Assembly (NCBI RefSeq): GCF_004010195.1 | Contig: NC_057719.1 | Coordinates: 77,801,260-77,852,655 of the forward strand | Reading direction: 5' to 3' | Length of the DNA stretch: 51,396 nt | DNA from: Chiloscyllium plagiosum | Lineage: Eukaryota | In this document: piece after piece, positions 14,601 through 26,985 of the stretch | Position numbering within the stretch: the first letter of the stretch is position 1 | How the letters are laid out: each line of letters opens with the position of its first letter | Position numbers and translations under genes: made by a program | The notes under the pieces: generated by a model | The model's database searches: none | What the model was told of the DNA's origin: nothing | What the model saw: only the letters and a program-made list of their open reading frames with translations

Positions 14601-14678
14601 GAACCACACGAGCAAATCTCCCACCCAGGACATTTGTGTCCCTACTGTTCAGTTGCAACCCGTCCTTCATGTACAGGT
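11652..14678 (-). mobile_element. CR1-clade LINE, ~3 kb: ORF1 C-terminus, APE endonuclease, RT, 3' UTR; decayed
   Basis: ORF1 esterase-like end LYMKDGLQLN...GRFARVVQEGLN*. APE: VVMGDFNFPNIDW, ILDLVL, DSDH. RT: KSPGQDKIYPRLLRE, VPQGSVLGPLLF, KFADDTK, LVRPHLEYCIQFWSP. Confidence 0.95.
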
Positions 14679-16936
14679 TCGACCCAGGTGCAGCTGAGCA
14701 ATTATCATCCTAGTTGCCCACAATCAAAGCCAATACCATTGCTTCACAGCTTCGTCAAAGATACTGACCAGAGAAGATCAATGGACAGTTAAAAACTGAT
14801 TGATTGTTTGTCTGCCCAGAGCTGACTGATTTCTCCAACCCTTGCACACAGCAAACGGGTCAAGTTAAACAACAGGAATAGATTGACCTACCCAGAATTC
14901 TTGAATATCTGATCACAAGGAAAGCAGTGTTCATGTACTTTTACCAACATCCACTGCACCTGGTGCTAATCCAAGATTTGCCAGGAGAGGAAAGAACTAA
15001 CTTGTGCAGTAACTTTACATTACCAAAGTCTCAATTACATACGAGGTTAGCATTTGTTAAACAGGTTGAATCCCACTCTGGAGTCAGCCATGCACTTCAG
15101 CCCCGACCTGTGACAGGCAGGTTTTTACACAGACTGCAACGGTTTTCAGGATTGTCAGAAAATGGGGAACTAGCTTTGACTTAGCCTGTGCCAACAACAT
15201 GGCATCTCACACAGGCATGTTGCCAAAATTGTCCAGAATTATCTGCTATGTGAAAACCCTACAATGCAGGTGAACATGTAGCCAAGAGAGTAAAATCTCA
15301 ACCTACATCGGCACTGAAGCAATATTGTATGGAACTCTAAAAGAAATATTAAATTAGCTGTGGGGAAAAAGGTGTGGTTCAGCATGTGTAATAGATCTGT
15401 GTTCGCAAACTTATTTTTCTGGGTAAATGAAACAAAAACGGTTCAGTTGACACTGCATCGTCTTCATGAAGTTGCAGCTTCTCGGTGTGAAAGCAGGAGG
15501 TAAAGACAATATGTGAATTACACCAGAATTCAACTGCAAACTACTAATCTAAAGTAAACAGAACTCTTGGCCTTTATTTAGTCAAAGAAAAAGTTCTGCC
15601 AGTTAGTTCTTAGTTATCTTGTTGCAGTTTGGCTTCATAGAATTGTTTGATTTATCGTTGCAATATCCTGCAATTACATGAACCCCTTGGAAAAACCAAC
15701 AAGAAGTCCTAAAATAAGCTGGAAAGCTTTTCCAAACATACAAGGCTTCGAAGTAAACACATTCGTTTTTTGGGAGCAATATTGATGTTTCAATTGAGGC
15801 TGGAGTATTGCATAATTTATTGCAATGTCTTATCGGTTTGTAAGGCCATTATTTTTAATTTAAAATTTTACAAAGAATGTAAGAAAAATTGCTTCTACTG
15901 GCCAATTTGAGTTAACAGTTTTGTTGCTTATCTTTACATCATTCAAAAATATTGTGTGTGTAGTGCAAGCCACACCAGCTTTCTAAGCACTGGTGTTCTC
16001 TGTATGAAACATCAACTTTCCTGATTTAGAAAAAAAAAGTTTTTGATTCAATTGTCTGTGCTGATTTTGTTTAAGCAGCTGAACTCTAGACAGTTATAGC
16101 TAAGCAATCCATAAAAACCCAATCAATCATTGAACAATTTTAAAACTAAACTACAGGGGCTAACACAAAGCAAACTAATGCGATCAATGTATGTTTACTC
16201 AAGTTCTTTCCATTTGTTATTTATTTTTTACTTAGGGAAGTAGCTTCATCTAAAAACTTATCCTTAAATCATATCGTCAAGTACTGTCAGCATTGAGAGT
16301 TCGACTTTGTAAATTACTCAATGTCACTTTATGCTTGAAAAGTGATTTTTTTAGCTGCATGGAATGTAGAGGCAGAAAAGACTGGGCATTCTTAGACTGA
16401 ACCATTAATTTGCAATTCTAAGTTAATATGTTTTGTTTTTGTCACAAAAGGTTCAGCTGCAGTCAGCAACTCTAGCCTATAAGTTACCAATAGTCATTCA
16501 AAACTGGGAATATACTTTCTCTTTATTGTTCTTACCTAATAATATGTAAAGTGTGGAAAAGGACAAAATTATCTTTTATAATTGTGGAAAGCAAGGAGGA
16601 AAAACAAAGGCAAATGTTACTACGGAGATTTTATCTGAGATTGTAGCTTTCGGCGTAAGCAAGGCATGTAATATTTTTAACTCATACCCATAAAAGTATT
16701 CTAATTGATTTTAATATGTTTAAAAGATTTGGTGACGACAGTTGTGTTTCAGGAATTTAGGAATTTTCATTTTTGATAATGGGGGATTCATCCTTACATT
16801 TCAATTGCAACTGAGCCATCATTACTTAAGATATTAGACTACACATAATTGTCTTTGGAGTTTATACTACAGTTAAATGTCAGCATCCTGTTGGTCGCTA
16901 GTATTAAATACAATTCTGCTGAAAAACTTTCCAGGT

Positions 16937-17243
16937 TGCGTGGCTTTGTGGCTCAGTGGTTAGCACTGCTGCCTCACAGTGCCAGGGACCCGGGTTCGAT
17001 TCCAGCCTCGGGCGACTGTCTGTGTGGAGTTTGCATGTTTGCGTGGGTTTCTCCTGGGTGCTCCAGTTTCCTCCCACAGTCCAAAGATGTGCAGGTTAGC
17101 TGAATTGGCCATGCCAAATTGCCCATAGGTTTAGGTGCATTAGTGAGAGGGAAATGGGTCTGGGTGGGAACTGTTCGGACAGTTGGTGTGGATTTGTTGG
17201 GCCAAATGGCCTGTCCCTACACTGTAGGGAATCCTAACCTAAT
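16937..17243 (+). mobile_element. HE1-like V-SINE
   Basis: gtggctcagtggttagcactgctgcctcacag...gggttcgattcc...; colinear with 41716-42041. Confidence 0.9.
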
Positions 17244-19544
17244 CGTGTGCATTGGTTTTGGTGGGATATTAAGACGCGAAACACGTGAAACTTTAGATTG
17301 AACCTATTAACTTCTTTTAATGAGGTGGGATGAAGTGATAGGCAGCCAAACTATTCCCAAGAACAGATAGCTTATTTCATATTTTATTGAGGGACTTGGT
17401 CCCATGATTTTACTAAATTTTTGCATTTAATCCTCGTCCTAGAGATGTACTGCACAGAAATAGACCCTTCGTTCCAACTCGTCCATGCTGAGCTAGTCCC
17501 ATTTGCCAGCACTTGGCCCATATCCCTCTTAAACCCTTCCTTTTCATATGCCCATCCAGATAACTTTTAAATGTTGTAATTGTGCCAGCCTCCACCACAT
17601 CCTCTAGGTGGATCTCTTCTATTTTATTCAGTATCTTCAAAGAGGCTGTTGTGGCACAGTGGAAGTGTCCCTACCTCAGGGGCCAGGAGGCATGTGTTCA
17701 AATCCCACCTGCTCCAAAGATGTGTAATAACATCAACAGAAATTACTGGAGAAACACTGGTCTGGCAGCATCAGTGGAGAGAAACCAGAGTTAACATTTT
17801 AGTTCCAGTGATCCTTTGTCAGAAGTTTCTTGAGTTTTTCCAGCAATTTCAATTGTGTGTTTCAGACTTGCAGCATCCACAGTTTTTTTTTTTAAATTTG
17901 TTGTGTAATAGCATCTCTGAAAAGGTTGATTGTGAGGGGAAAAAAAAATTCAATACTTTTTGGAGAGGCTTTTGTGGTGATAGTTTCCCTACCTGTGGGC
18001 CAGGAAGGCTGGGTTAAAGTCCTGGTTAGAGTGGTGCTGGAAAAGCACAGCAGGTCAGGCAGCATCCGAGGAACAAGAAAATCGACGTTTCGGCAGGAGC
18101 CCTTCATCAGGAAATGATTTAATTTAATTTAAATTAGGTTCAAGTCCTACATGTTCCAGAGGTGTGTCGTATCATTTCTGAACAGGTTAATTAGACAATA
18201 TCTATTCGGTACCTTCTATTTATACAACTAAAGGTCCCATTTGCTTTTCACATTATCAAGTTGATAGGCAATCTTTCACAGTACAGGAGAAAGACGATTT
18301 CCTGTACTCAGGCTGATTGGTACAATTTGATTCAATATTGTGAAGAGTTTAGTATTGAATAGAGTAATCTTTCTTGGTATTGAACAATAAAGGTTAGCAT
18401 GACCTGTCTTATATTCTTGGTCTGTGTTGAGTTAACTAACGTCAGTCAGGACAACAGTTGTCCTGGTGGCCATCTGGTGATCCCTGTTGTGAATGTTGGA
18501 GTGTTCAAGTTGGCCACAATGTTATTCCAGTTCTTTCAGACAATCGGAGCTGCGTGCCAGAATCTGTATGTGAGCATGGCCACCCATAAGAGTCCTCGAA
18601 GGGTGATTGGTGTGGTTGTAACTTTCCTTCAATGTACGTACACCTTCGGAAAGAAAACAAAGGAAATAAATTTTATCTGAATATTTGGATTTGTTAACCA
18701 TTTGAAAAGTTTAGAATTTAACAAATTAAGATCTGTGTAGAGATTTGCCTAAAAAGCCAGTTAAATTCAATTTGATAGGTTTGTGTAATCTATAGTTCAG
18801 CTGTGAAAAACGAGACGTTTTGATTGGATAGCCTCCAAGTAATTGTCGAGATTTTGAGAGTTTTTGTTTTGTATGTTTAAACAGCTGCTTGTCAAAATCT
18901 GCCAGTGCACACGTAGTTGAGGTAACGGAATGTTTTCAAATTAGCTGACTCTGCTGGGGTATGTGGAAAGAGGGCTCTCCTGGCAATTTTGAGAGAAAAA
19001 AAACAGTGCATTCTTAGGAACTCACACCTCCAGATGGAGCCACTTGTGCTACTTTTGCTCAAGTGCGGTGGGACTCCACAATGCAGGACAGCAGAGTTCA
19101 TTTCCTGAAATTAAATGAGAGCTTGTCATCTTGTGCATGCATATTTGTGATGTTTCCGGGTAACGCGGTAGAAAATTTTAAATTGGTCAAACTATGCTGG
19201 ACCCGAAATTTTAATTCTGATTTCTTTCCACAGATGCTGCCGGACCTGCTGAGCTTTTCCAGCAATCTCTATTTTTGAATCTTAGCTTAAAATGATTTGC
19301 GAAATGGAGATGGTGCTGGATGATGGAAATGGTTATTATAGCATATGCTGTAACTGTAACTTAATTTCCCTGAACATTGAAGCACCGAATACTATAAGAC
19401 AGAGCTATGGATGTTGGAAATCTGAAACAAACTTAGAAATTGTTGGAGAAACTCAACAAACTTAGCAAGGTGAAATGTTTGAAGTCTAGTGACCCATCTT
19501 CAGAACACAACAATAATATAAACCCATGATGTTGGGTTTTTAAA

Positions 19545-19722
19545 AAATTCATTCACAAGATTGGGGCATCGCTGGCTTGGCCAGCATTTATTGCTCATCC
19601 TTACTTGCCCAGAGGGCAGTTAAGAGTCAACCGCATTGCTGTGGGTCTGGAGTCACATGTAGGTCAGACCAGATAATTGTGGCATTTTTCTTCCCTAAAG
19701 GACATTAGGGAACCGGATGGGT
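19545..19722 (-). repeat. Second SINE-like family (3' part); related pieces at ~23655-23740 (+), ~27780-27900 (+), ~48450-48785 (-)
   Basis: Recurrent segment gggcagttaagagtcaacc..attgctgtgggtctggagtcacatgtagg...ttccctaaaggacattag. The family is not named with confidence. Confidence 0.6.
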
Positions 19723-20310
19723 ATATAGTAGTATATTAGCATGGATAGAGGATTGGCTGGCTCATAGAAGACAGAGTTGGGATAAGAGGGCCAGAATTGC
19801 TACCTGGGATCGAGTGGAGTGTCACAGGAGTTTAGATGATGGATGTGAGTGTGCTATCTCTGTGTGTTTGTGCATGACACAAAAATAGTTGGAATGGCAT
19901 CTGGTAAGAATGTCGTAATGTCTACAAAAGAATGTAAATGGGTTAAGAATGGGAGGTGAACTTATTGAAACATGTGCAATTCTTAGGGTAGAAGGGTAGT
20001 GTTTTTTTTTCCCTGGTGTAGGACAGTCTAGGACCAGAGGGCATCATCTTAGAGTAAGGAGTCATTCATTTAAGCCACAGATGAGGAGGAACATTTTCTT
20101 AGGGCAGTGAACTTGCAAAAAGGGGCACAGAGGGCTGTTGAGGCCTAGTCTTATAGTGTATTGAAGGCTTAGATATACAGAATTTCAAACATTTAAAGAA
20201 ATTAGTGGTTATAGGGATAAGGCAAGCAAGTAAAGTTGAGGACTATCAGATCAGCTATGATGTCAATGAATGTTCAGCCATGATGGGCCAAATGGCTTAC
20301 TTCTACATCT
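19722..20310 (+). mobile_element. CR1-type LINE fragment (heavily decayed)
   Basis: WIEDWLAHRRQ-like RT remnant followed by the CR1-type 3' end. Confidence 0.65.
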
Positions 20311-20859
20311 TAAGGTGCTTTTGTCAATAAATGTCCATAAACTGTAGACTCTTGAAGTCACGTGTTGCTTGAATGAAAATTTCATATTTTGCTGCTTTGA
20401 TTCTAGCATTTTTTAGTGTGAAGGTGCTGATGCAGTCTATCTAAGGCCCTTTCTAGCCTGTGGTAACATTTTCCTACTTTTCTCTTCCACTTCTAGCAAT
20501 AAACCCAACATTGTATTTGCTTTCCAGTTACCTTCAGGGTTTGCTGCAATTGAGGAGAGTGGTCAACACAATAGGCTTGTAACTAGGACCTTAATTGACT
20601 TCCAGCACTCCCTGTTCTCTCAACATGTCACAGCTTGAAAGCAGCACTGGTATAGTTGACTCTGTTGTAGTTCGTTATTGGTGATCCATGGGGAGAGGCA
20701 GATACTGAATTATGAGAAGTGTTGCACGTATTCCAAGCACAACACATCTACCTAGATTGCATGATGAAAAGGTTGGTGGCAGAACCTCCTCTCAATAGTA
20801 TTTAAGGACAGGACAAGCATTATGTAAGAGATATGGAAGGATTGGTAAAATTGGTGACT

Positions 20860-21330
20860 CTTTAAGAGCTTTCACAAGCAGAACCTTCGAATCACATGTG
20901 ATTTTCTTCCATGAAGTTGTACATGCCGGTATTGAAACCCTGCTCCTGAAGAACCAATTCCAGTGGAGGGGCCATTGTATCCAGCTCCCTGGAAGCAGCC
21001 ATCCTCAGGAGGTTCTCTTCCCTTAGCTCTTACCGGCCAAAGGATAAGATGTAAGGATAGGCTTCATGTTGTCTTCAAGCTTGCATCATTGACACCATTG
21101 TTTGGGAGCAGAAAGCTGCTGACCACTTGACTTGACACTTGATCCATCAAAGCACAAGTCACTGAGGTTCAGCAATGTGACAGTGAGGTGGAATAGTGGC
21201 AGCAGAGGAAGAAGAAGAAAATCAATGTGGGGCTGAGAATTCTATTTCCTCGCACAACAATTTGCCCGGCTGTAGAAAAACTTGTGGATCCAGAGTTGGG
21301 CCCCTCGGTCATCTGAAGACCTACCTACCG
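20860..21330 (+). mobile_element. RTE-clade LINE 3' fragment (decayed)
   Basis: IETLLLKNQFQWRGHCIQLPGSSHPQEVLF, GQRIRCKD, IDTIVWEQKAAD and the C-terminal zinc finger CP-(fs)-CRKTCGSRVGPLGHLKT, matching the typical RTE ORF C-terminus. Confidence 0.72.
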
Positions 21331-22519
21331 TGACAAGAAACTGACAGCTTTGTGTACGTATGTACTCATTTTTTTTTTGTGACTCTTGTACTAGGACATC
21401 CAGATCTGAGGAGTTCTGAAGCTCCTCTCTTCTCTTTTTTTAAACATAACACGCTCCAAATTCAAGTCTTATTTTGGTCTTTGTAGTACCAGGACAAACT
21501 CATTCTTCTGTTTCAGCCATATATTCTAACATTCTGTTACACAACAAGTGAAAGATGACAAAACAGCGCTCTGTCTCCCTATATCCTATCCGTCCTCTTT
21601 CTTTCTCCATCTCCTTCCCCACCCCATCACCACCCACTCTTTCCCAAATATACTTTTGGATTGTAAACTAGTTGCCATCTGCATAACAGTTTCTGTTTCT
21701 ATATGTAAGTGGCAGTGAAGAATTTTTGTTAAGAAATTTCTAATTTATTTTTCCTGGTGGGATCATAGTGATTCTTGTTTTCCATCTTAAATTTCAATTC
21801 TCACTTTCAGGAAATCTTTAAATCCTAAAGACTGGTGTCTGTAATTTTGAAGTAAGGCTGTAAAAACGATTTATGGGCAAGAATTCAAGAAAAAATATTT
21901 TGGCTTGTTTTAAAGTTTTCATTCTGGGTGGTGGATGGTTCTGTGGTAGTTTCTTTTTGTAACATTAGTCGTTACTGCCTCAGAATGTTGTCCAGGGTCA
22001 AGCTGATTTTCCCTGCTGCTATCCAGGTAACTGCAGGCATTTTTTTGGCCTGTCACCATAAAGGTTGAAATTTTCTTCTGTTGAAAGCAATCTGTCAACG
22101 TGAGCAAGAGAAAACTTGGCTTTGTGACTTCGTTCCAGTCCATCAGGAATGTCGTTGGTGGAGGGATGGCGAAAGTTGAACTTGTCGATGTGGGAAATCT
22201 ATTTTTGGTGCCACAGAGATAGAAATTCTATTGCTAAGAAATCGTATTTTCCTCTTCCTTCACTCTTTTTGAAATTTAAAGATAAGATCAATGGGTAGGT
22301 CAGTTTGATCCTCATGAAAACTAAAGCAAAGTTTAATTTTGAGAGAAAAGTCTTTTATTCCGGCATTAAACTAGCAGTATGCTTGATCTACTGCTAGAAT
22401 TTTGACTAATTTAATTGAACCATGGAAATACTGTCAATATTTTGGATCATATTTTTTGATTTCAGTTCTTTATTGCCTCTGTTGTGAGGTTTGCATAAGC
22501 TTTTAATACTTGACTTGAG

Positions 22520-22790
22520 CTGAAAATGTGTTGCTGGAAAAGCGCAGCAGGTCAGGCAGCATCCAAGGAAAAGGAGAATCGACGTTTCGGGCATAAGCCC
22601 TTCTTCAGGAATGAGGAAAGTGTGTCCAGCAGGCTAAGATAAAAGGTAGGGAGGAGGGACTTGGGGGAGGGGCTATGGAAATGCGATAGGTGGAGGGAGG
22701 TCAAGGTGAGGGTGATAGGCAGAAGTGGGGTGGGGGCGGAGAGGTCAGGAAGATGATTGCAGGTTAGGAAGGCGGTGCTGAGTTCGATAC
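22520..22790 (-). mobile_element. Penelope-like terminal fragment
   Basis: Contains gctggaaaagcgcagcaggtcaggcagcatcc plus a G-rich tract, homologous to the end of the element at 40544-40830. Confidence 0.75.
22578..22611 (-). ncRNA. Minimal hammerhead core in a Penelope terminal fragment
   Basis: Minus strand CUGAAGA-A-GGGC(UUAU)GCCC-GAAACGUC. The core is intact but helix I is weak. Confidence 0.55.
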
Positions 22791-23329
22791 CAAGAGCATG
22801 ATACATGAAATATACTATAATTGGATATCTGTGTAGGGATGAAGTTTGTAGGCCACTGTTTGTTTGTGATATGTCAATGCATATTAAGTGAAGAAACCTT
22901 AGTTTAGAAGCCCATTTATATGTTACATCTCATGGTCTCCTCTGCACCTTCATTTAGTGTATTTTCAATAATTATCCCATTTCAGCTTATAATGGAGTAC
23001 AGACACTTTGGCACTGAATCTGTACCACGGCATTTACATTTTTAGAGAAGAAAGAGAATAAGATTGTGGTGTACAATTGAAATTGTTTTACATGGTATCT
23101 GGCTCAGATCTTAAGCTACAACTGGATATGCCTGAATCATGTGATGTCTGACAGTGATATAAATACATTTGTTGAAAAGTATGGTGACGTTCACCTGCCA
23201 AGCAGGCTGATGAGGATTGTCAGTCCCACAGGTTTGTTGACTGAATGAAAAGCTTGGGAATTAATGCATTTTTTGAAATCTGTAGGATGGATTCCTAAAG
23301 GCTTCTGTGCCCTCTAGTTCTAGTCTCCT

Positions 23330-23640
23330 TTGTGTGAGGGAGACTAGAACTAGAGGGCACAGCTTAAAAATAAGGGGTCTCCCAATAAAGACAAAGATAG
23401 TATGGAATTTCCTTCTCTCAGAAGGCACTAAGTCTTAGGGACTCTTCCCCAGAGTGCAGTGGAGGGAGTGTCATTGAATATTTTAAGGCAGAGGTAAATA
23501 AATTCTTGACTAACAAGGGAGCCAATGCCACTCGGGGATATGTGGGCTATGGAGTTGAGGCCACAATAAGGTCAACATGATCTTATTGATCTGGTTGAGT
23601 AAATTCGAGAGGACAAATGCCCTGCTCTCCATTTGTATAT
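23330..23640 (+). mobile_element. CR1-type LINE 3' end
   Basis: gagactagaactagagggcacagcttaaaaataagggg..., the same 3'-end family as 1-305. Confidence 0.65.
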
Positions 23641-24235
23641 TCATACGTATGTAATTGACTCTTAATTGCCCTCTGACCCAGCAAGCCACTCAGTTAAAAG
23701 GCGATCATGAATGGACAAGATGTGCTGGTTCAGCCAGTGAATACCTTAAACTGTGAAGTTAAAAATCACACAACACCAGGTTATAGTCCAACAGGCTTAA
23801 TTGGAAGCACACTAGCTGTGCTATAATGTGAATGAATTAAAAATTGTGCATTTGAAATGATTATTATATGGTGATGTCAACCCACAGTGTAATCTTCTGG
23901 AAACATTGTTCAAATGATCAAAGGTCAGCTGTTCTAACTGGATGCTCTATAATGTACTGGAGAGGCATGCAGATGTTTAAATTACTACTTTAAAGTATTG
24001 GGATTTGGAAACAGCCAGATTCAACTTATAGATTGATGTTACAATGAATTGATTAGACCGGTCAATTTTCCTTCTTGAAACTGATTTTCAGTCATGATTA
24101 GTTTGCTGTTCAAAAATCTTCCTCTGAGTAGTGCAAGAGCCCCACTTGAAATGTTAAGCTATTTTGATTGACCCAGTTCTTCCTGTCAGTTACTCTGTTT
24201 GGCATGTACTATGGTTTTAAACTCAGAGACCCCAT

Positions 24236-25229
24236 TGTGGTAATGTTGTTTTGGCAGGGTTGTGTTGTCCCTGGTTTTTTTTCAAGGGGAGTTTTTGGGG
24301 AGGGGGCTCCAATTTGTTATGGACTAGGCCAGACCTGCTCAAAACGTTTCAAGAAGGTAGCCTAGACGCTAACTTTTCTAGCTTTAAGCAGGTGTAAGAT
24401 GGATATTCCATGAGTGATGCAGCTGTTCAAACCACTCAGTTTTAAACAAAACAGAATTTATTTACGTCGAGAGTGTGGTGCTGAAAAAGCACAGCAGGTC
24501 AGGCAGCATCAGAGAAGCAGGAAGATCGATGTTTCGGGCAAAAGCCCTTCTTCAGGAATGAGGTTTCATTCCTGATGAAGGACTTTTGCTCGAAACATGG
24601 ATTTTCCTGCTCCTTGGATGCTGCCTGACCAGCTGTGCTTTTCTAGCACCACACTCTCGACTCTAATCTCCAGCATCTGCAGTACTCTATTTCACCTATA
24701 ATTTATTTACAGACCACCGAATGAAACAAGCAAAAGAAAACAGAATTTAGAATAACAACTATTTTGAAAACCGATTGACATGATATCCCCCGCAACTTAA
24801 CAAAGAGCTGTTCGAATTTCCAGCAGCATCACATAAACACACATCTTGGCAAAAAAGTAAATTCAAACACAAGCCCTTGGAAGAGAGGGAGATTGCAGAG
24901 CGAATCAGCCAGGGATCATTGGCTGAAACAGGGAACTTTTTTTCCAGCAGCTTCTCTTGGTCTTCAGCTAAAACCAAACCAAACCAAACCAAGCTAGAAA
25001 AATCTCTGAACTGGGAGAAGTTACCACTTCCCTTTCATTGTACAAGTGCTTAAAAAAACCCCTCTACCTAAAAGCCTTTTTCCCCGATTGTTGCCTTAGG
25101 CAGCATCTGTTAGTCATAATCAAAGCAGCCTTATCCCAGCCAAATTGGAGCTCCAGTCCCCTACAATCCCTCTTGGGGGGGAAAAAACCAAGGACAACCT
25201 AACCCTGCCAAAGGAGCAGCATTGTCACA
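24236..25229. mobile_element. ~1 kb non-coding element with ~85-bp imperfect terminal inverted repeats, TGT...ACA ends and 4-bp TSD (Gypsy-type solo LTR or Ginger-like)
   Basis: The left end tgtggtaatgttgttttggcagggttgtgttgtccctggtttttt...gctccaatttg is mirrored by caaattggagc...aaaaaaccaaggacaacctaaccctgccaaaggagcagcattgtcaca. ccat flanks both sides (24232-24235, 25230-25233). Confidence 0.75.
24466..24699. mobile_element. Non-coding palindromic Penelope derivative with 11-bp TSD
   Basis: 24466-24661 is a ~195-bp inverted repeat of the Penelope terminus. TSD aatttatttac at 24455-24465 and 24700-24710. Confidence 0.85.
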
Positions 25230-25324
25230 CCATAAGCTCATGACACAAGAAAAGTACTCTCAAACTGGTCACAATCTTCCCCAGAACTCCATGAATCTCT
25301 CTCTAATCAGGTTGCTGGCCCTTA

Positions 25325-26350
25325 TGATGTTAAAAGCACTCTTATCAAAGTCTCAAATGGCATCCTGAATGACTAACGTATAAGTAAACTATCCCTCCTT
25401 GGCTGGCTTGACTTGTCAGTAGTTGTGACTTTGTGACAATACAATTCTCCTGCACCTCCAAGTGCCATCACTGTTATCCAGCAGTATAGGATTTCATTTT
25501 TCTGATTTTATATTTATTTAATCATAGCCAGAGAATAACTTGCAATGGTTTATTTTTGTATTCTTGTTGTTATCTACCTTTGATCCCTTCCTATTTTTCA
25601 TTAACATGTTTGTCCTCCGTGCCACTTGAAAGCATAGCATTAATAATCACATGCACACTGAAAACATTCAACTCCGCCTCACCACCAGTTCTATGTGCAA
25701 TATTTAATGTGCAAAAGTATCCCCCAGTTAAATGGTGGAGGACCATTGTCTTCACTCCCCGTTTCAACTCCATTCACTACCTATGGATTTTATCCATTTC
25801 TCTGGCGAAAGTTTTGTAACTGATCAAGTGTTTATAACAGTAGTGTCCTGTTTGTCCTTCCAAGGTAGGATCCAGGCATAAATGTGTGGCATCATGCTGA
25901 CTATTATTTGTAACTCAGTAACTTCACTCCTGACTCAGTGCAATGGCTGCTGAAATCCTCATTCATGCCTTTGTCATCTCAGTGATTCTAACATGTGTCA
26001 CGCTAGTTTCCCACATTCTACCCTTCCATAATCTTGAAGTCCTCCAAAACATGTCTGTACTCACACCAAGTTTTGTTCACCCATCACCTTTCTGCTCACT
26101 GACCCTATATTGGATCCTAGTCAAGCAAAGCATTAATTATAAAATTCTCTTAGTTGTCTCTTTTGTAAAACCTCCAGCCCAACAGTCCTTTTCAGATATT
26201 AATACTTTTCTAATTTTTTTTTAATGCAACCTAATTTGAATAGCTTCCATTTGAGATCATGCTTTCAGTTGCCAAGGCTCTAAACTCTAGATTCCTTCTC
26301 TGACACTCCGTTTTAGATGCACTTTAAAATCTAGTTCTTTAACCAAGCTT
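25325..26350 (+). mobile_element. L2-clade LINE fragment (decayed)
   Basis: ALIKVSNGILND...SLLGWLDLS; AAEILIHAFVIS; LYWILVKQSINYKILL. These are typical L2 RT and C-terminal motifs. Confidence 0.72.
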
Positions 26351-26359
26351 TTGGTCTTG

Positions 26360-26985
26360 GTAGGAGTTCCCAATCCTGTCCGCTTTCTGTAGGGACAGTT
26401 CCCTCCCCGACTCCCTTGTTTGGTCCACACCCCCTCCCCCACCAACCCCCACTCCATACCTGGCATCTTCCCCTGTGGCTGCAGGATGTGCAACACCTGC
26501 CCCAGGCACCTCCCCTCTTACCTCTATCCAAGGCCCCAAAGACTCATTCCAAGTTTGGCAGAGATTCACCTGCATTTCCTCTAACCTGATTTATTACATC
26601 CATTGCTATTAATATGGTCTCCTCTCCATTGGAAAGACTGAGCGCAAACTCAGGGACTGGTTCAAGGAACATTTGTGGTCCGTATGCTCCAATCGAGCCC
26701 ACTTTCTAGCTGCCAGCCATTTCAACACCACCTTCCCACTGCCCCGATGACATGTCCATCCTGGGCCTCCTTCACCATCAAAATAAGGCCACGTGCAAAC
26801 TGGAGGAAGAACACCTCGGTAGCTTACAAACGTATGACCTGAAACAAAACCCACCAGCTTCAAATTCTGACCCACCCCCTTAACCTAACCTGTCCATCTT
26901 CCTTCCCACCTATTCACTCCACCCTTCCCACTGACCAGTCACAATGACTTCCTACTTGCATTCACCTATTGCCTTCTCACCTACA
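26360..26985 (+). mobile_element. Penelope-like GIY-YIG fragment
   Basis: Frameshifted PGIFPCGCRMCNTC...SNLIYYIHC..YGLLSIGKTERKLRDWFKEHL; similar to the 40543-41621 element in the opposite orientation. Confidence 0.8.

Noticed and set aside
16937..17010. tRNA gene
   Set aside because: The A/B boxes belong to the head of an HE1-like SINE that continues into the V-domain and LINE-like tail.
17645..18190. Three short tRNA-like heads (gtgg...ccctacct...ggttcaa(a/g)tcc) as a novel ncRNA cluster
   Set aside because: They are divergent partial copies interleaved with Penelope remnants, best explained as decayed short SINEs.
18440..18660. Minus-strand exon-like stretch with a good acceptor, or a Harbinger transposase remnant (SYNHT...MLTYRF)
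   Set aside because: All frames hit stops and the motif match needs frameshifts; too weak to call.
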